From Betaproteobacteria bacterium (lineage in GTDB: Bacteria; Acidobacteriota; Vicinamibacteria; Vicinamibacterales; CAVVIG01): DNA of 64,000 nt. Positions 8,350 through 19,264 of this stretch are shown in pieces. The stretch's first letter is position 1. Every line of letters starts with the position of its first letter. The position numbers were made by a program, and so were the translations under genes. The notes beneath the pieces were generated by a model. That model was not told where the DNA came from and did no database searches. It saw only the letters and a program-made list of their open reading frames with translations. Where the stretch lies: positions 51,651 through 115,650 of the forward strand of contig JBLMXQ010000133.1 of NCBI GenBank assembly GCA_050257855.1, read 5' to 3'.

Positions 8350-8402
8350 CCGACAGCCGAAAGCCGACAGCGAGCCGAGAGCCGATAGCCGACAGCTGAG
8401 AG
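8350..8402. repeat. Heptamer tandem repeat CCGANAG (7 units plus one 4-nt interruption) in the sufA-sufB spacer
   Basis: Read directly: ccgacag ccgaaag ccgacag cgag ccgagag ccgatag ccgacag ctgagag. Confidence 0.8.
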
Positions 8403-8411
8403 CTATTCACC

Positions 8412-9849
<1,438 letters not shown>

Positions 9850-9857
<8 letters not shown>

Positions 9858-10605
9858 TCCGCTCCTCGTCGTCCACGACCTGCACGTCCGCGCCGGCGGG
9901 CGCGAGATTCTGCGCGGGATCGATCTGTCGATCGACGCGGGCCGCGTGCACGCCATCATGGGGCCGAACGGCTCGGGCAAGAGCACGCTGGCGCAGGCGC
10001 TGGCGGGCCATCCCGAGTACGAGGTGACGAAGGGCACGGTCCGCTACAGAGGGCAGGACCTGCTGGCCATGGATCCGGAGACGCGCGCGCGGGAAGGCGT
10101 GTTCATGGCGTTCCAGTATCCGGTTGAGATCCCCGGCGTCAACAATGCGTACTTCCTGAAGTCGGCGCTCAACGCCGTCCGGAAGCACCGTGGCGAAGAG
10201 GAGCTCGACGCGATGGAGTTCATTGCCCTCGTGCGCGAGCGCATGAAGCGCCTCGGGATCGACGAGACGCTCATGAACCGGGCGGTCAACGAAGGCTTTT
10301 CGGGCGGCGAGAAGAAGCGTAACGAGATCTTCCAGATGGCCGTGCTCGAGCCGACGCTGGCCATTCTCGACGAGACCGATTCCGGCCTCGACATCGACGC
10401 GCTGAAGATCGTCGCGCACGGCGTGAACACGATGCGGAGTCCGGACCGCGCCATGCTCGTCGTGACGCACTACCAGCGCCTCCTCGACTACATCGTGCCC
10501 GACGTCGTCCACGTCCTTACCGAGGGCCGGATCGTGCGGTCGGGCGGCAAGGAGCTCGCCCTCGAGCTCGAAGAGAAGGGCTATGGCTGGCTCGACGTTG
10601 CGTGA
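9850..10605 (+). CDS. sufC: Fe-S cluster assembly ATPase SufC
   Basis: Walker [10 protein letters not shown], signature [11 protein letters not shown], Walker [13 protein letters not shown]. Its TTG start overlaps the sufB end by 8 nt. Confidence 0.95.
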
Positions 10606-11944
10606 CCCGTACGCCGCCGAGGCCGAGCGGCTCGCCGCCGGACGCGCCGGCGACCCCGCGTGGGTGAAGCGCGCGCGGGTCGAGGCGCTCGAGCGCTTCG
10701 ACCGGCTCGGCTTTCCGACTACTCGCGACGAGGACTGGCGCTTCACGAACGTGGCGGCGATTGCCGAAGGGGAGTTCGTTCTGCCGCGCAACGGCGCGTC
10801 CCGCCTGACGCGCGCCGATCTGACGCGCTTCGAGTGGGCCGGCCCGCGCGCCGCGACGCTGGTGTTCGTCAACGGCCGCTACGCCGAAGGGCTGTCGCGG
10901 GTCGGCGACCTGCCGGCCGGCGTGCGCGTCGAGAGCCTGGCTCGCGCCATCGCCGAGGGGCGCACCGAGGTCGAGCGGCATCTCGGGCATGCGGCCGACG
11001 GCGAGCGCCATGCCTTCACCGCCCTGAACACGGCCTTCCTCGCCGACGGCGCCTTCGTGCACGTGCCCGAGGCGGCAGTGGTCGAGGCGCCGGTTCACCT
11101 GGTCTTCCTGGCGGGCGGCGATGAGCCCGTGCCAGGGATGGCGCACCCTCGCGTGCTCGTGGTGATGGGTGCGACGAGCCAGGCGACGATCGTCGAAACC
11201 CATGCGGCTGCCGGGCCGGACCGCTATCTGACCAACGCCGTCACCGAGGTCCTTGCGGGCGAGGGCGCGACGGTCCACCACTACCACGTGCAGCGCGGGA
11301 ACGCGGCCGGCCTTCACGTCGCCTCGCTGTACCTGCGCGCGTCGCGCGACGCCACGCTGTTCTGCCACTCCGCCACGCTCGGCGGCGCGCTGGTTCGCAA
11401 CAACGTCAACGTGGTCCTGGACGGCGAGGGCGCCGGCTGCACCCTGAACGGGCTGTACCTGAGCGACGGCATCGGCCTGGTCGACAACCACACCGTCATC
11501 GACCACGCGCGGCCGCATTGTGCCAGCCGCGAGCTCTACAGCGGCGTCCTCGCCGGCAACGGGCGCGCGGTCTTCAACGGCAGGATCGTGGTCAGGCCGG
11601 ATGCGCAGAAGACCGACGCGAAGCAGACGAGCAAGGCGCTGCTCCTCTCGGAGGACGCGCAGATCAACGCGAAGCCCGAGCTCGAAATCTTCGCGAACGA
11701 CGTCAAGTGCACGCACGGCGCTGCGGTCGGCCAGATCGACGACGAGGCGATCTTCTACCTCCGCGCCCGCGGGATCGGCGAGCAGGACGCGCGCCACATG
11801 CTGGTCCGGGCGTTTGCGGCCGGCGTGCTGAGCCAGATGCCGCTCGCGGCGCTGCGGACACGCCTCGACGAGGACCTCCTTGCGCGCCTGCCCGGGACGT
11901 CCCTGCCGGCCCGCGGGGCGCGGCCCGAACGGGGAGAGGCATGA
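10583..11944 (+). CDS. sufD: Fe-S cluster assembly protein SufD
   Basis: 453 aa. The C-terminal block is KALLLSEDAQINAKPELEIFANDVKCTHGAAVGQIDDEAIFYLRARG. It overlaps both sufC and sufS. Confidence 0.9.
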   Translation: MAGSTLRDPYAAEAERLAAGRAGDPAWVKRARVEALERFDRLGFPTTRDEDWRFTNVAAIAEGEFVLPRNGASRLTRADLTRFEWAGPRAATLVFVNGRYAEGLSRVGDLPAGVRVESLARAIAEGRTEVERHLGHAADGERHAFTALNTAFLADGAFVHVPEAAVVEAPVHLVFLAGGDEPVPGMAHPRVLVVMGATSQATIVETHAAAGPDRYLTNAVTEVLAGEGATVHHYHVQRGNAAGLHVASLYLRASRDATLFCHSATLGGALVRNNVNVVLDGEGAGCTLNGLYLSDGIGLVDNHTVIDHARPHCASRELYSGVLAGNGRAVFNGRIVVRPDAQKTDAKQTSKALLLSEDAQINAKPELEIFANDVKCTHGAAVGQIDDEAIFYLRARGIGEQDARHMLVRAFAAGVLSQMPLAALRTRLDEDLLARLPGTSLPARGARPERGEA

Positions 11945-13188
11945 GCCTCGCCATCAGGCCGCCTGAAACCGGTTTCGACGTGCAGGGCGCCCGGCAGGAC
12001 TTTCCCATCCTGCGTGAGGCCGTGCACGGCCGGCCCCTCGTCTACCTCGACAACGCCGCGACGACGCAGAAGCCGCAGGTGGTCGTGGAGCGGCTCGTGC
12101 GCTTCTACCTCCAGGAGAACGCCAACGTGCACCGCGGCGTGCACCTCCTGAGCGAGCGCGCCACCGACGCGTACGAGGACGCCAGGACGACAGTCGCTCG
12201 GTTCCTGCACGCGGCGGACGCGAAGGAGATCGTGTTCGTCCGCGGCACGACCGAAGCGATCAACCTCGTCGCCAGCACCTACGGCCGCACGCACGTCGGT
12301 CCCGGCGACGAGATCGTGCTCACCGCCATGGAGCATCACTCGAACATCGTGCCGTGGCAGATGCTGTGCGAGGGAACGGGCGCGCGGCTGCGCGTCGTGC
12401 CGATGACCGACGAGGGCGAATTGCGGCTGGACGAGTACGAGCGGCTGCTGTCCGATCGGACGAAGATCGTCTCCGTGGTCCACGTGTCCAACGCGCTCGG
12501 CACCGTCAATCCGGTCGGCGACATCGTGCGGATCGCCCACGCGCGCGGCGTGCCGGTCCTCGTCGACGGCGCGCAGGCGGTGGCGCACATGGCGGTCGAC
12601 GTCCAGGCGCTCGGCTGCGATTTCTACGCGTTCTCAGGCCACAAGGTGTTCGGCCCGACCGGTATCGGCGTGCTCTACGGCAGGGCCTCCCTGCTCCAGG
12701 GCATGCCGCCGTACCAGGGCGGCGGCGACATGATCAGCTCCGTGGCGTTCGAGCGGACGCTGTACAACGCAGTGCCGCACAGGTTCGAGGCGGGCACGCC
12801 GAACGTCGCCGGGGCGGTCGGGCTCGCCTCCGCGCTCGACTACCTCCGCGCGAAGGGGATCGACGGCATCGCCGCGCACGAGCACGACGTGCTGGCGTAC
12901 GGCACCGACGTGCTGTCGCAGATTCCCGGCCTGCGCCTCACCGGCACGGCCGCCGACAAGGCTGGCATCCTCGCATTCGTTCTCGAGGGCGTCCATCCGC
13001 ACGACATCGGCACGATCCTCGATCGCGAGGGTGTGGCCATTCGGACCGGCCACCACTGCTGCCAGCCGCTCATGGAGCGGCTCGGAGTTCCCGCGACGGC
13101 GCGGGCCTCGCTGGCCCTGTACAACACGCGCGAGGAGATCGACGTCATGGCGGCAGCGCTCCACCGGGCGCGCGAGGTGTTCGCGTGA
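11941..13188 (+). CDS. sufS: Cysteine desulfurase SufS (class V aminotransferase)
   Basis: In-frame ATG 11941 (ATGA overlap with sufD). FPILREAVHGRPLVYLDNAATTQKP ... FSGHKVFGPTGIGVLYG ... RTGHHCCQPL. Confidence 0.93.
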   Translation: MSLAIRPPETGFDVQGARQDFPILREAVHGRPLVYLDNAATTQKPQVVVERLVRFYLQENANVHRGVHLLSERATDAYEDARTTVARFLHAADAKEIVFVRGTTEAINLVASTYGRTHVGPGDEIVLTAMEHHSNIVPWQMLCEGTGARLRVVPMTDEGELRLDEYERLLSDRTKIVSVVHVSNALGTVNPVGDIVRIAHARGVPVLVDGAQAVAHMAVDVQALGCDFYAFSGHKVFGPTGIGVLYGRASLLQGMPPYQGGGDMISSVAFERTLYNAVPHRFEAGTPNVAGAVGLASALDYLRAKGIDGIAAHEHDVLAYGTDVLSQIPGLRLTGTAADKAGILAFVLEGVHPHDIGTILDREGVAIRTGHHCCQPLMERLGVPATARASLALYNTREEIDVMAAALHRAREVFA

Positions 13189-13631
13189 ACGCCGACCTGC
13201 AGGATCTCTACCGCGAGGTGATCCTCGACCACAATCGGCGCCCGCGCAACTTCCGCGCGATGGAGCAGGGCCTGAAGGCGGAGGGCTACAACCCGCTCTG
13301 CGGCGACCGCCTGACCGTCTACCTGCGGGTGGAGAACGGCCGAATCGAGGACGCGAGCTTTCAGGGCAGCGGATGTGCGATCTCGAAGGCGTCGGCGTCG
13401 CTGATGACTGAAGCGGTCAAGGGCAAGACGCGTGAAGAGGCCGCCGCGCTCTTCAACCGGTTCCAGCGGATGATTACGCGCGCTCCGGACGAGCCGGTCG
13501 ACGACCTCGGCAAGCTGTCGGTGTTCGCCGGCGTGCGCCAGTTTCCGGTGCGCGTCAAGTGTGCCAGCCTGGCGTGGCATACGCTGCAGTCGGCCCTCCA
13601 GGCGCGAGGCGAGATGGCGTCGACGGAATGA
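13185..13631 (+). CDS. sufU: SUF-type NifU/IscU-like scaffold or sulfur acceptor SufU
   Basis: GTG 13185 overlaps the sufS stop (GTGA). YNPLCGD ... GSGCAISKASASLM ... VKCASLAW. Confidence 0.88.
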   Translation: MNADLQDLYREVILDHNRRPRNFRAMEQGLKAEGYNPLCGDRLTVYLRVENGRIEDASFQGSGCAISKASASLMTEAVKGKTREEAAALFNRFQRMITRAPDEPVDDLGKLSVFAGVRQFPVRVKCASLAWHTLQSALQARGEMASTE

Positions 13632-14029
13632 AAGAAATACCTGTCGTGCAGAATCCGGAACAGCCTGCGTCGGTCGGCCCGGGGCCGGAGGAAACGGCCG
13701 CGATGACGAGCGACCCCGAGCGCAGCGCCGAGCTTCAGCCGCTCGTCGTCGACGAGCTGAAGAAGGTGTTCGACCCGGAGATCCCGGTGAACATCTACGA
13801 TCTCGGCCTCATCTACGACGTCATCGTGGACCGATCCTCCGCGGTCGGCATCCGCATGACGCTGACGGCGCCCGCCTGTCCCGCGGCGCAGTCGCTGCCG
13901 GTCGAGGTCAGGAATCGAGTCGCCGCGCTCCCGGGAGTCAGCGACGTGAAGGTCGACGTCGTGTGGGATCCTCCGTGGGACCGCGACCGCATGTCCGACG
14001 CGGCGAAGCTGCAGCTCGGAATTTTCTGA
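13628..14029 (+). CDS. sufT: DUF59/SufT-type Fe-S assembly protein
   Basis: ATG 13628 overlaps the sufU stop. DPEIPVNIYDLGLIYDV ... MTLTAPACPAAQSLP ... VVWDPPW is the DUF59 signature. Confidence 0.85.
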   Translation: MKEIPVVQNPEQPASVGPGPEETAAMTSDPERSAELQPLVVDELKKVFDPEIPVNIYDLGLIYDVIVDRSSAVGIRMTLTAPACPAAQSLPVEVRNRVAALPGVSDVKVDVVWDPPWDRDRMSDAAKLQLGIF

Positions 14030-14064
14030 CGGGCGTCGATCCGGTCGGCTGGTGCAGGCGGCAG

Positions 14065-14086
14065 CCTTCGGCCGATACGGCCGAGG
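14065..14086. terminator. Hairpin between convergent sufT and the outer-membrane protein gene
   Basis: CCTTCGGCCG-ATA-CGGCCGAGG (9 bp stem with one bulge). There is no clear U-tract. Confidence 0.3.
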
Positions 14087-14142
14087 CGCCGGCGCAGATC
14101 GGCCCGCCCATCTCGCGCGTGCGGGATTCGAACCGCCGGCGC

Positions 14143-17100
14143 TCAGAACCCGGGCGCAAGGTTGAACTGAAAGATCCAGCCCTGTCCCGGCCGCTGCATG
14201 GGGCGCACGAAGTCGAACTGGCCGACGGCGACCCCGAAGCCCAGCCGCACGGTGACGCCCACACTCGAGACCCCGTGACGTGTGCCGCCGAAGATCGCGG
14301 GCTTCTCGCCGCTCGACCAGGCGACTCCGCCGTCGGCGAACAGCGCGAGCTCGACCGGCAGCGGGCCGTACATGCGCTGCGACACGCCGAACGGGCGCAG
14401 CAACGGGAATCTGAACTCGATGTTGCCGACGAGCATCCGGCTCCCGAGCAGCCGGTCGAACGCCGGGCACTGGCTCGTTGCGTCGGGCACGCATTCGGTG
14501 GCGTCGAAGCTGTTGACGTCGTACCCCCGCACCAGCGTCGGGTATCCGATGTACAGCGGATAGAGCCGCGGATCCTCGCCCCCGCCTCCGTAGCGGCCGT
14601 AGTGCAGCCCGCGCACCGCGAGGGTGTAGAACGGGAGCGGCATGAAGTATCGCCGGTAGTCGCCGAGCACGCTCGTGAAGGAGACCGAGCCGAACGTCGG
14701 GGCCGCTTCGATCCGGTACCGCTCTCCGCGTACCGGGCTGGTCGCCCCGAAGCTCGAGGTGTCGTTCACGAAGGCGGCCGCCGACGTTCCCAGCGTCAGC
14801 GACTGGGCCAGCGACGTCTCGCTGGTGTCATCCAGGACGACCTCGCCCGTGGACAACGAGTACGCGGTCGTGCGCACGATCTGATCGAATGCGACCTGGG
14901 TGACGCCCCCGCTCAGCTCGAAGCGCCGGCTGCGGCTCAACGGGTACGCGGCCATCGCGGAGGCATTCCGTTCGGTCTGCCGGTAGATGATCGTCCGGTC
15001 GACCTGGACCGGCTCGCCATCCGGCATGGTTCCCGTCCCGATCTGGAATCCTCCGCTCAGATATGGCACCTGCCCCGCCACCACACCCCAGTTCCAGCGG
15101 CGCGCCTGGTTGAAGTAGCCCACCTGCGCCGCCGTATCCTTCGCGCTGAAGTTGCCGCCGATTCCGGAGCTGAACTCCACGGCGGTGACGAGCGAGTGAT
15201 TGCCCAGCATGTCGCCGAAGGCGAACGCCACGCCGCCGCCGAACGCCGGGCCGAACCGGCTGGCGCCGATGGCGATCATCGGCTGGCCGACGGCTTCGAG
15301 GGAGAGCTTCGGCGCGTATCTCCGTGTGGGATAGGTCGGCGACTCGGGAAGGCCAAACGTCGCGTTATCGAGCAGCGCGGCGACGTCGCTGGGGCGTCTG
15401 TCGATCGGCGGCAGCACGGCGGCGTTTCCCGCTGCTGCGGCCCTGGCCGCGCCGATCTTCCCCGGCTCCGCAACGTAGATGTTGTACTGGCCGTCCTCGT
15501 AGACGCTGAACGCCGCCGCGCCGGTCTGCGACGCGATGGACGCGGCGGGGCTCGTCTGCGTGATGCCACTCAGCCCGGTCGCGACGCTGGTGAGTTGCGT
15601 CACGCTGCCACTCGCCAGTTCGATCCGGAACAGATTCGATATGCCGCCGGGATTGGCGACGAAGTACAGCAGGCGTCCGTCGGGCGACCACTGCGGATTG
15701 ATGTGCATCGAGTCGCCGGCCGCCGGCAGCGGATCGATCCGCCCGGTGTCCACGTCGGCGAGCGCGAGTCGATACGTCCCCATCGCGAGCGAAGGCAGGT
15801 CGGTCGTGAAGCGGTCGGTGGCGAACGCGATCCGGCGTCCGTCGGGCGACCAGGCCGGCTGCAGTTCGGCGTACGCGTCGTCGGTCAGGCGGCGAAGGTG
15901 CGAGGCGGCGAGATCGTAGACGTACAGATCGGTGAGACCCTGGCGCATACCCGTGAAGGCGACCGCAGATCCGTCGGGCGCCCACGTCGGGTTGAAGATC
16001 TCGTCGACGTCGCGGATGGGCACCTCGCGCTCGGTGCGGCCCGACTCGACGTCGAAGATCGCGAGCACGGGGCGCCCCGAGACGATCGTCGCGACCGCGA
16101 GACGGCGGCTGGTCCTGTCCCACGCGCCGGCAGAGTAGATGAACTGCAGGCTCGTGAAGTGCGGGTTGCTGGCGGTGCTCGTCAGCCTGCGGACGACGCG
16201 GCCGGTCGCCGTCTCCGCGACGTACAGTTCAATCGAAAACAGCTCCCGCGAGGACAGAAACGCGATCCAGCGGCCGTCGGGGCTGATCGCCGGTCCGATG
16301 TTCAGGTCGCCGCCCAGCCCTGCGCCCTTGATGACGAGGCGGGCTGTCCGATCGGCCGGCGTCGCCGACGCGATCACCGGCGCGTACGCCTGGCGGATCG
16401 CCGCCTGCCAGTCCTTCGACAGCACGTCCTTCTTCACCTCGAGCACCTTCTCGCACGCCACTTCGACGTCGCCTGACGCCGCGGCCGCCGCGAACATCCG
16501 GCGGATCACGGCGTCTCCCCAGCGTCCCCCGACGTAGGCCCAGAACGCCTGGCCCCAGCGGTACGGGAAGTACTTCGGGTCGTTCAGCGTGTCGATGGTC
16601 GGCAGTTCGTCGTGCTGCACGGCGTCCCGGAGCCACATCGCGGTGTTCGGATCGACCGGCCCGACCGACAGGTATTCCGCCATGCCTTCGATGAACCACA
16701 GCGGCAGGCGGTCGGCGCCGCTCATCCCGGACGTCGCATTCGGTCCGCTCGTGAGGTCGAACTGAAACGCGTGGACGAGCTCGTGGCCGATCACGTGATC
16801 GGTGTCGGCGAGTGGCCCCCCGAGCGGCAGCACGATCCGGCGCCGGAGGCCCTCGGTGACGCCGCCGGTCCCTTCGCTGAGCTCGCCCTGGATGACGTTG
16901 GTCTGCTCGAAGTCCGCGTGCGACGCGTAGAGCACCAGCGGCTGGCGTCCGCGCAACTCGTGGCCGAAGACGCGCGCCAGCCGTGCGCGCCAGCGTTCGG
17001 CGAGCCGCGCGCTGATCTCGACGCCCGCCCGCTCCTCCGGATAGAAGTAGATGTCGAAGTGCTCGGTCTCGAGCACCTCGAAGCGGAGGTCCTTGTACTG

Positions 17101-17202
17101 GACCTTGTTGCGCCCGAAATATTGTGCCGACGCCGGCGCGGCCGCCAGCAGGGTGGACAGCACCGCGGCCAGCGCCGCGGCGATGCGGAAGCCGGTGCGC
17201 AT
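14143..17202 (-). CDS. Secreted fusion protein: HExxH peptidase-like N-domain + TolB/PD40 beta-propeller repeats + C-terminal Omp85/surface-antigen-like beta-barrel
   Basis: Signal peptide ...AAAPASAQ, then HVIGHELVHAFQ. Repeated PD40-like units are present (PAISPDGRWIAFLS, PTWAPDGSAVAF, PAWSPDGRRIAFAT, PQWSPDGRLLYFV). The C-terminus has alternating beta-strand sequence ending ...GWIFQFNLAPGF. Confidence 0.75.
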   Translation of the reverse strand: MRTGFRIAAALAAVLSTLLAAAPASAQYFGRNKVQYKDLRFEVLETEHFDIYFYPEERAGVEISARLAERWRARLARVFGHELRGRQPLVLYASHADFEQTNVIQGELSEGTGGVTEGLRRRIVLPLGGPLADTDHVIGHELVHAFQFDLTSGPNATSGMSGADRLPLWFIEGMAEYLSVGPVDPNTAMWLRDAVQHDELPTIDTLNDPKYFPYRWGQAFWAYVGGRWGDAVIRRMFAAAAASGDVEVACEKVLEVKKDVLSKDWQAAIRQAYAPVIASATPADRTARLVIKGAGLGGDLNIGPAISPDGRWIAFLSSRELFSIELYVAETATGRVVRRLTSTASNPHFTSLQFIYSAGAWDRTSRRLAVATIVSGRPVLAIFDVESGRTEREVPIRDVDEIFNPTWAPDGSAVAFTGMRQGLTDLYVYDLAASHLRRLTDDAYAELQPAWSPDGRRIAFATDRFTTDLPSLAMGTYRLALADVDTGRIDPLPAAGDSMHINPQWSPDGRLLYFVANPGGISNLFRIELASGSVTQLTSVATGLSGITQTSPAASIASQTGAAAFSVYEDGQYNIYVAEPGKIGAARAAAAGNAAVLPPIDRRPSDVAALLDNATFGLPESPTYPTRRYAPKLSLEAVGQPMIAIGASRFGPAFGGGVAFAFGDMLGNHSLVTAVEFSSGIGGNFSAKDTAAQVGYFNQARRWNWGVVAGQVPYLSGGFQIGTGTMPDGEPVQVDRTIIYRQTERNASAMAAYPLSRSRRFELSGGVTQVAFDQIVRTTAYSLSTGEVVLDDTSETSLAQSLTLGTSAAAFVNDTSSFGATSPVRGERYRIEAAPTFGSVSFTSVLGDYRRYFMPLPFYTLAVRGLHYGRYGGGGEDPRLYPLYIGYPTLVRGYDVNSFDATECVPDATSQCPAFDRLLGSRMLVGNIEFRFPLLRPFGVSQRMYGPLPVELALFADGGVAWSSGEKPAIFGGTRHGVSSVGVTVRLGFGVAVGQFDFVRPMQRPGQGWIFQFNLAPGF

Positions 17203-17428
17203 GGCGCGTCCTCCAACTCCTGTGCCGGGTTTCCGTCAGCGGCTCGCGCCCGTAGCCGGTTCGGAGGCGGCCGATCGGCGGGGAAGTCGTCGATCGCACC
17301 GAACGACTGCAAATGCGCTGCCTCGCCAGGCGTCCGTGGAGTGGTGAAGGGCGGCGGGCGTCGCTGATTGCGGCCGGCGGCAGTCGCTTTGCAGCTCGCG
17401 AGGGTGTCCTTCGGGCACGGAAGCCGCG

Positions 17429-18784
17429 ATGCAGCCGACGTTCAGCCCCGCCCTGTTCACCGATCTTTACGAGCTCACGATGCTTCAGGCCTATTTCGAG
17501 GAGCAGATGCGCGAGCGCGCCGTCTTCAGCCTGTTCGTGCGCCGGCTGCCCCCTCGTCGCAACTACCTCCTTGCCTGCGGGCTGGACGACGTGCTGGCGT
17601 TCCTCGAAACGCTGCGTTTCGATCGGCCGGCGCTCGCGTATCTCGAGTCGCTGGGGACGTTCTCGGCCTCCTTCCTGGCCTTTCTGGAACAGCTGCGCTT
17701 CACCGGCGATGTCCATGCCGTGCCCGAGGGCACGCCGGTGTTCCCGAACGAGCCGCTCGTCGAGGTCGAGGCGCCGATCGCCGAGGCGCAACTCGTCGAA
17801 GCGTTCGTGATGAATCAGATTCACCTCCAGACGGTGCTCGCCTCGAAGGCCGCGCGCGTCGTCGAGGCGGCGCAGGGGCGCAGAATCGTCGATTTCGGGT
17901 TGCGACGGATGCACGGCACCGATGCCGGCCTCAAGGCCGCGCGCGCGTTTCACATTGCGGGCGTTCACGCGACGTCGAACGTCGCCGCCGGCCAGGCGTA
18001 CGGCATTCCGATCGCCGGCACGCTCGCGCACAGCTATGTCCAGGCACATGACGACGAGTACGAGGCGTTCCGAGCCTTCGCGCGCACGTTCCCCGAAACG
18101 GTCCTTCTCGTGGATACGTACGACACGCTGGCGGGCGTCCGCCACGTGATCGATCTGGCGCGCGAGCTCGGCCCGGGGTTCCGCATCAGCGGCGTGCGCC
18201 TCGACTCCGGCGATCTGGGCGATCTCGCCGTTCGTGCGCGCAGGATGCTCGACGCCGCTGGCCTCCGCGGCGTCACCGTGTTCGCGAGCGGCGGCCTCGA
18301 CGAGAACGAGATCGCGCGGCTCCTGGCTACCGGAGCGCCGATCGACGGTTTCGGGGTGGGCACCGACATGGGCGTGTCCCGTGACGCGCCGAGCCTCGAC
18401 ATCGCGTACAAGCTGGTCGAGTACGCGGGTCGGCCGCGTCTCAAGCTCTCGACGGGGAAGGCGCTCCTGCCCGGACGCAAACAGGTCTTTCGTGTCGAAC
18501 GCGACGGCGTCGCCGACCACGACGTGCTGGCGCTTCGCGACGAGGCGCCGTGCGGCCGGGCGATGCTGCAGCAGGTGATGGCCGGTGGCCGCCGGTGCGC
18601 GGCCGGGCGGGCGAGTCTGGACGAGGCGCGCGCCCGCGCCAGGGAGCAGATCGGCAGGCTGCCGCTCCGCCTCCGCGGTCTGGACGAGGCGCGCCCGCCG
18701 TACGCCGTGGAGCCGAGCGCGGCGCTCCTCCGCGAGCGCGATGCCTTGAGAGACCGGTACGAATCGGAAGGAGCGCATCGGTGA
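17429..18784 (+). CDS. pncB: Nicotinate phosphoribosyltransferase
   Basis: 451 aa. [16 protein letters not shown] at the N-terminus, then [11 protein letters not shown] ... VRLDSGDL ... ASGGLDE. Confidence 0.88.
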   Translation: MQPTFSPALFTDLYELTMLQAYFEEQMRERAVFSLFVRRLPPRRNYLLACGLDDVLAFLETLRFDRPALAYLESLGTFSASFLAFLEQLRFTGDVHAVPEGTPVFPNEPLVEVEAPIAEAQLVEAFVMNQIHLQTVLASKAARVVEAAQGRRIVDFGLRRMHGTDAGLKAARAFHIAGVHATSNVAAGQAYGIPIAGTLAHSYVQAHDDEYEAFRAFARTFPETVLLVDTYDTLAGVRHVIDLARELGPGFRISGVRLDSGDLGDLAVRARRMLDAAGLRGVTVFASGGLDENEIARLLATGAPIDGFGVGTDMGVSRDAPSLDIAYKLVEYAGRPRLKLSTGKALLPGRKQVFRVERDGVADHDVLALRDEAPCGRAMLQQVMAGGRRCAAGRASLDEARARAREQIGRLPLRLRGLDEARPPYAVEPSAALLRERDALRDRYESEGAHR

Positions 18785-19215
18785 CGTCGTCGGTGGTTTC
18801 GAACACGTGGGAGCATTTCGCGCACGGCGCGGATATCGGGGTACGGGGGGTTGGCCCGAGCAGAGCCGCGGCCTTCGAGCAGGCCGCCCTTGCGTTGACC
18901 GCCGTGATCACGGACGCGAAGTCGGTGCGCCCGGAGACGCCGGTCGCCATTGCGTGTGACGCGCCCGACGACGGCCTGCTGCTGGTCGACTGGCTCAACG
19001 CGCTCGTCTACGAAATGGCGACGCGGCACATGCTGTTCTCGGCGTTCGTCGTCTCGATCGAGGGATCGCGGCTCGAGGCGACGGCGTGGGGCGAGCCGGT
19101 CGACCGCGTTCGCCACGAGCCGGCGGTCGAGATCAAAGGGGCCACCTACACGGCGCTGCGGGTCGAGCGCGGCGCCGACGGCGCCTGGCTCGCCCAGTGC
19201 GTGGTCGACGTCTGA
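18781..19215 (+). CDS. Archease (RtcB activator)
   Basis: GTG 18781 overlaps the pncB stop (GTGA). [14 protein letters not shown] ... [12 protein letters not shown] is typical of archease. It lies directly upstream of rtcB. Confidence 0.8.
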   Translation: MTSSVVSNTWEHFAHGADIGVRGVGPSRAAAFEQAALALTAVITDAKSVRPETPVAIACDAPDDGLLLVDWLNALVYEMATRHMLFSAFVVSIEGSRLEATAWGEPVDRVRHEPAVEIKGATYTALRVERGADGAWLAQCVVDV

Positions 19216-19264
19216 TCGATGGGTGCGAGGCTCGAGCCGGGCGCCGGGATCGCAGGAGCACATC

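Noticed and set aside
14121-14137. tRNA-like T-loop string: the minus strand reads GGCGGTTCGAATCCCGC, just downstream of the outer-membrane protein gene.
   Set aside because: - The flanking 5-nt arms pair at only 3 of 5 positions.
- No acceptor, D or anticodon arm can be drawn.
- Part of the sequence would overlap the CDS end.
- It is probably chance. An att-site or tRNA remnant cannot be supported.
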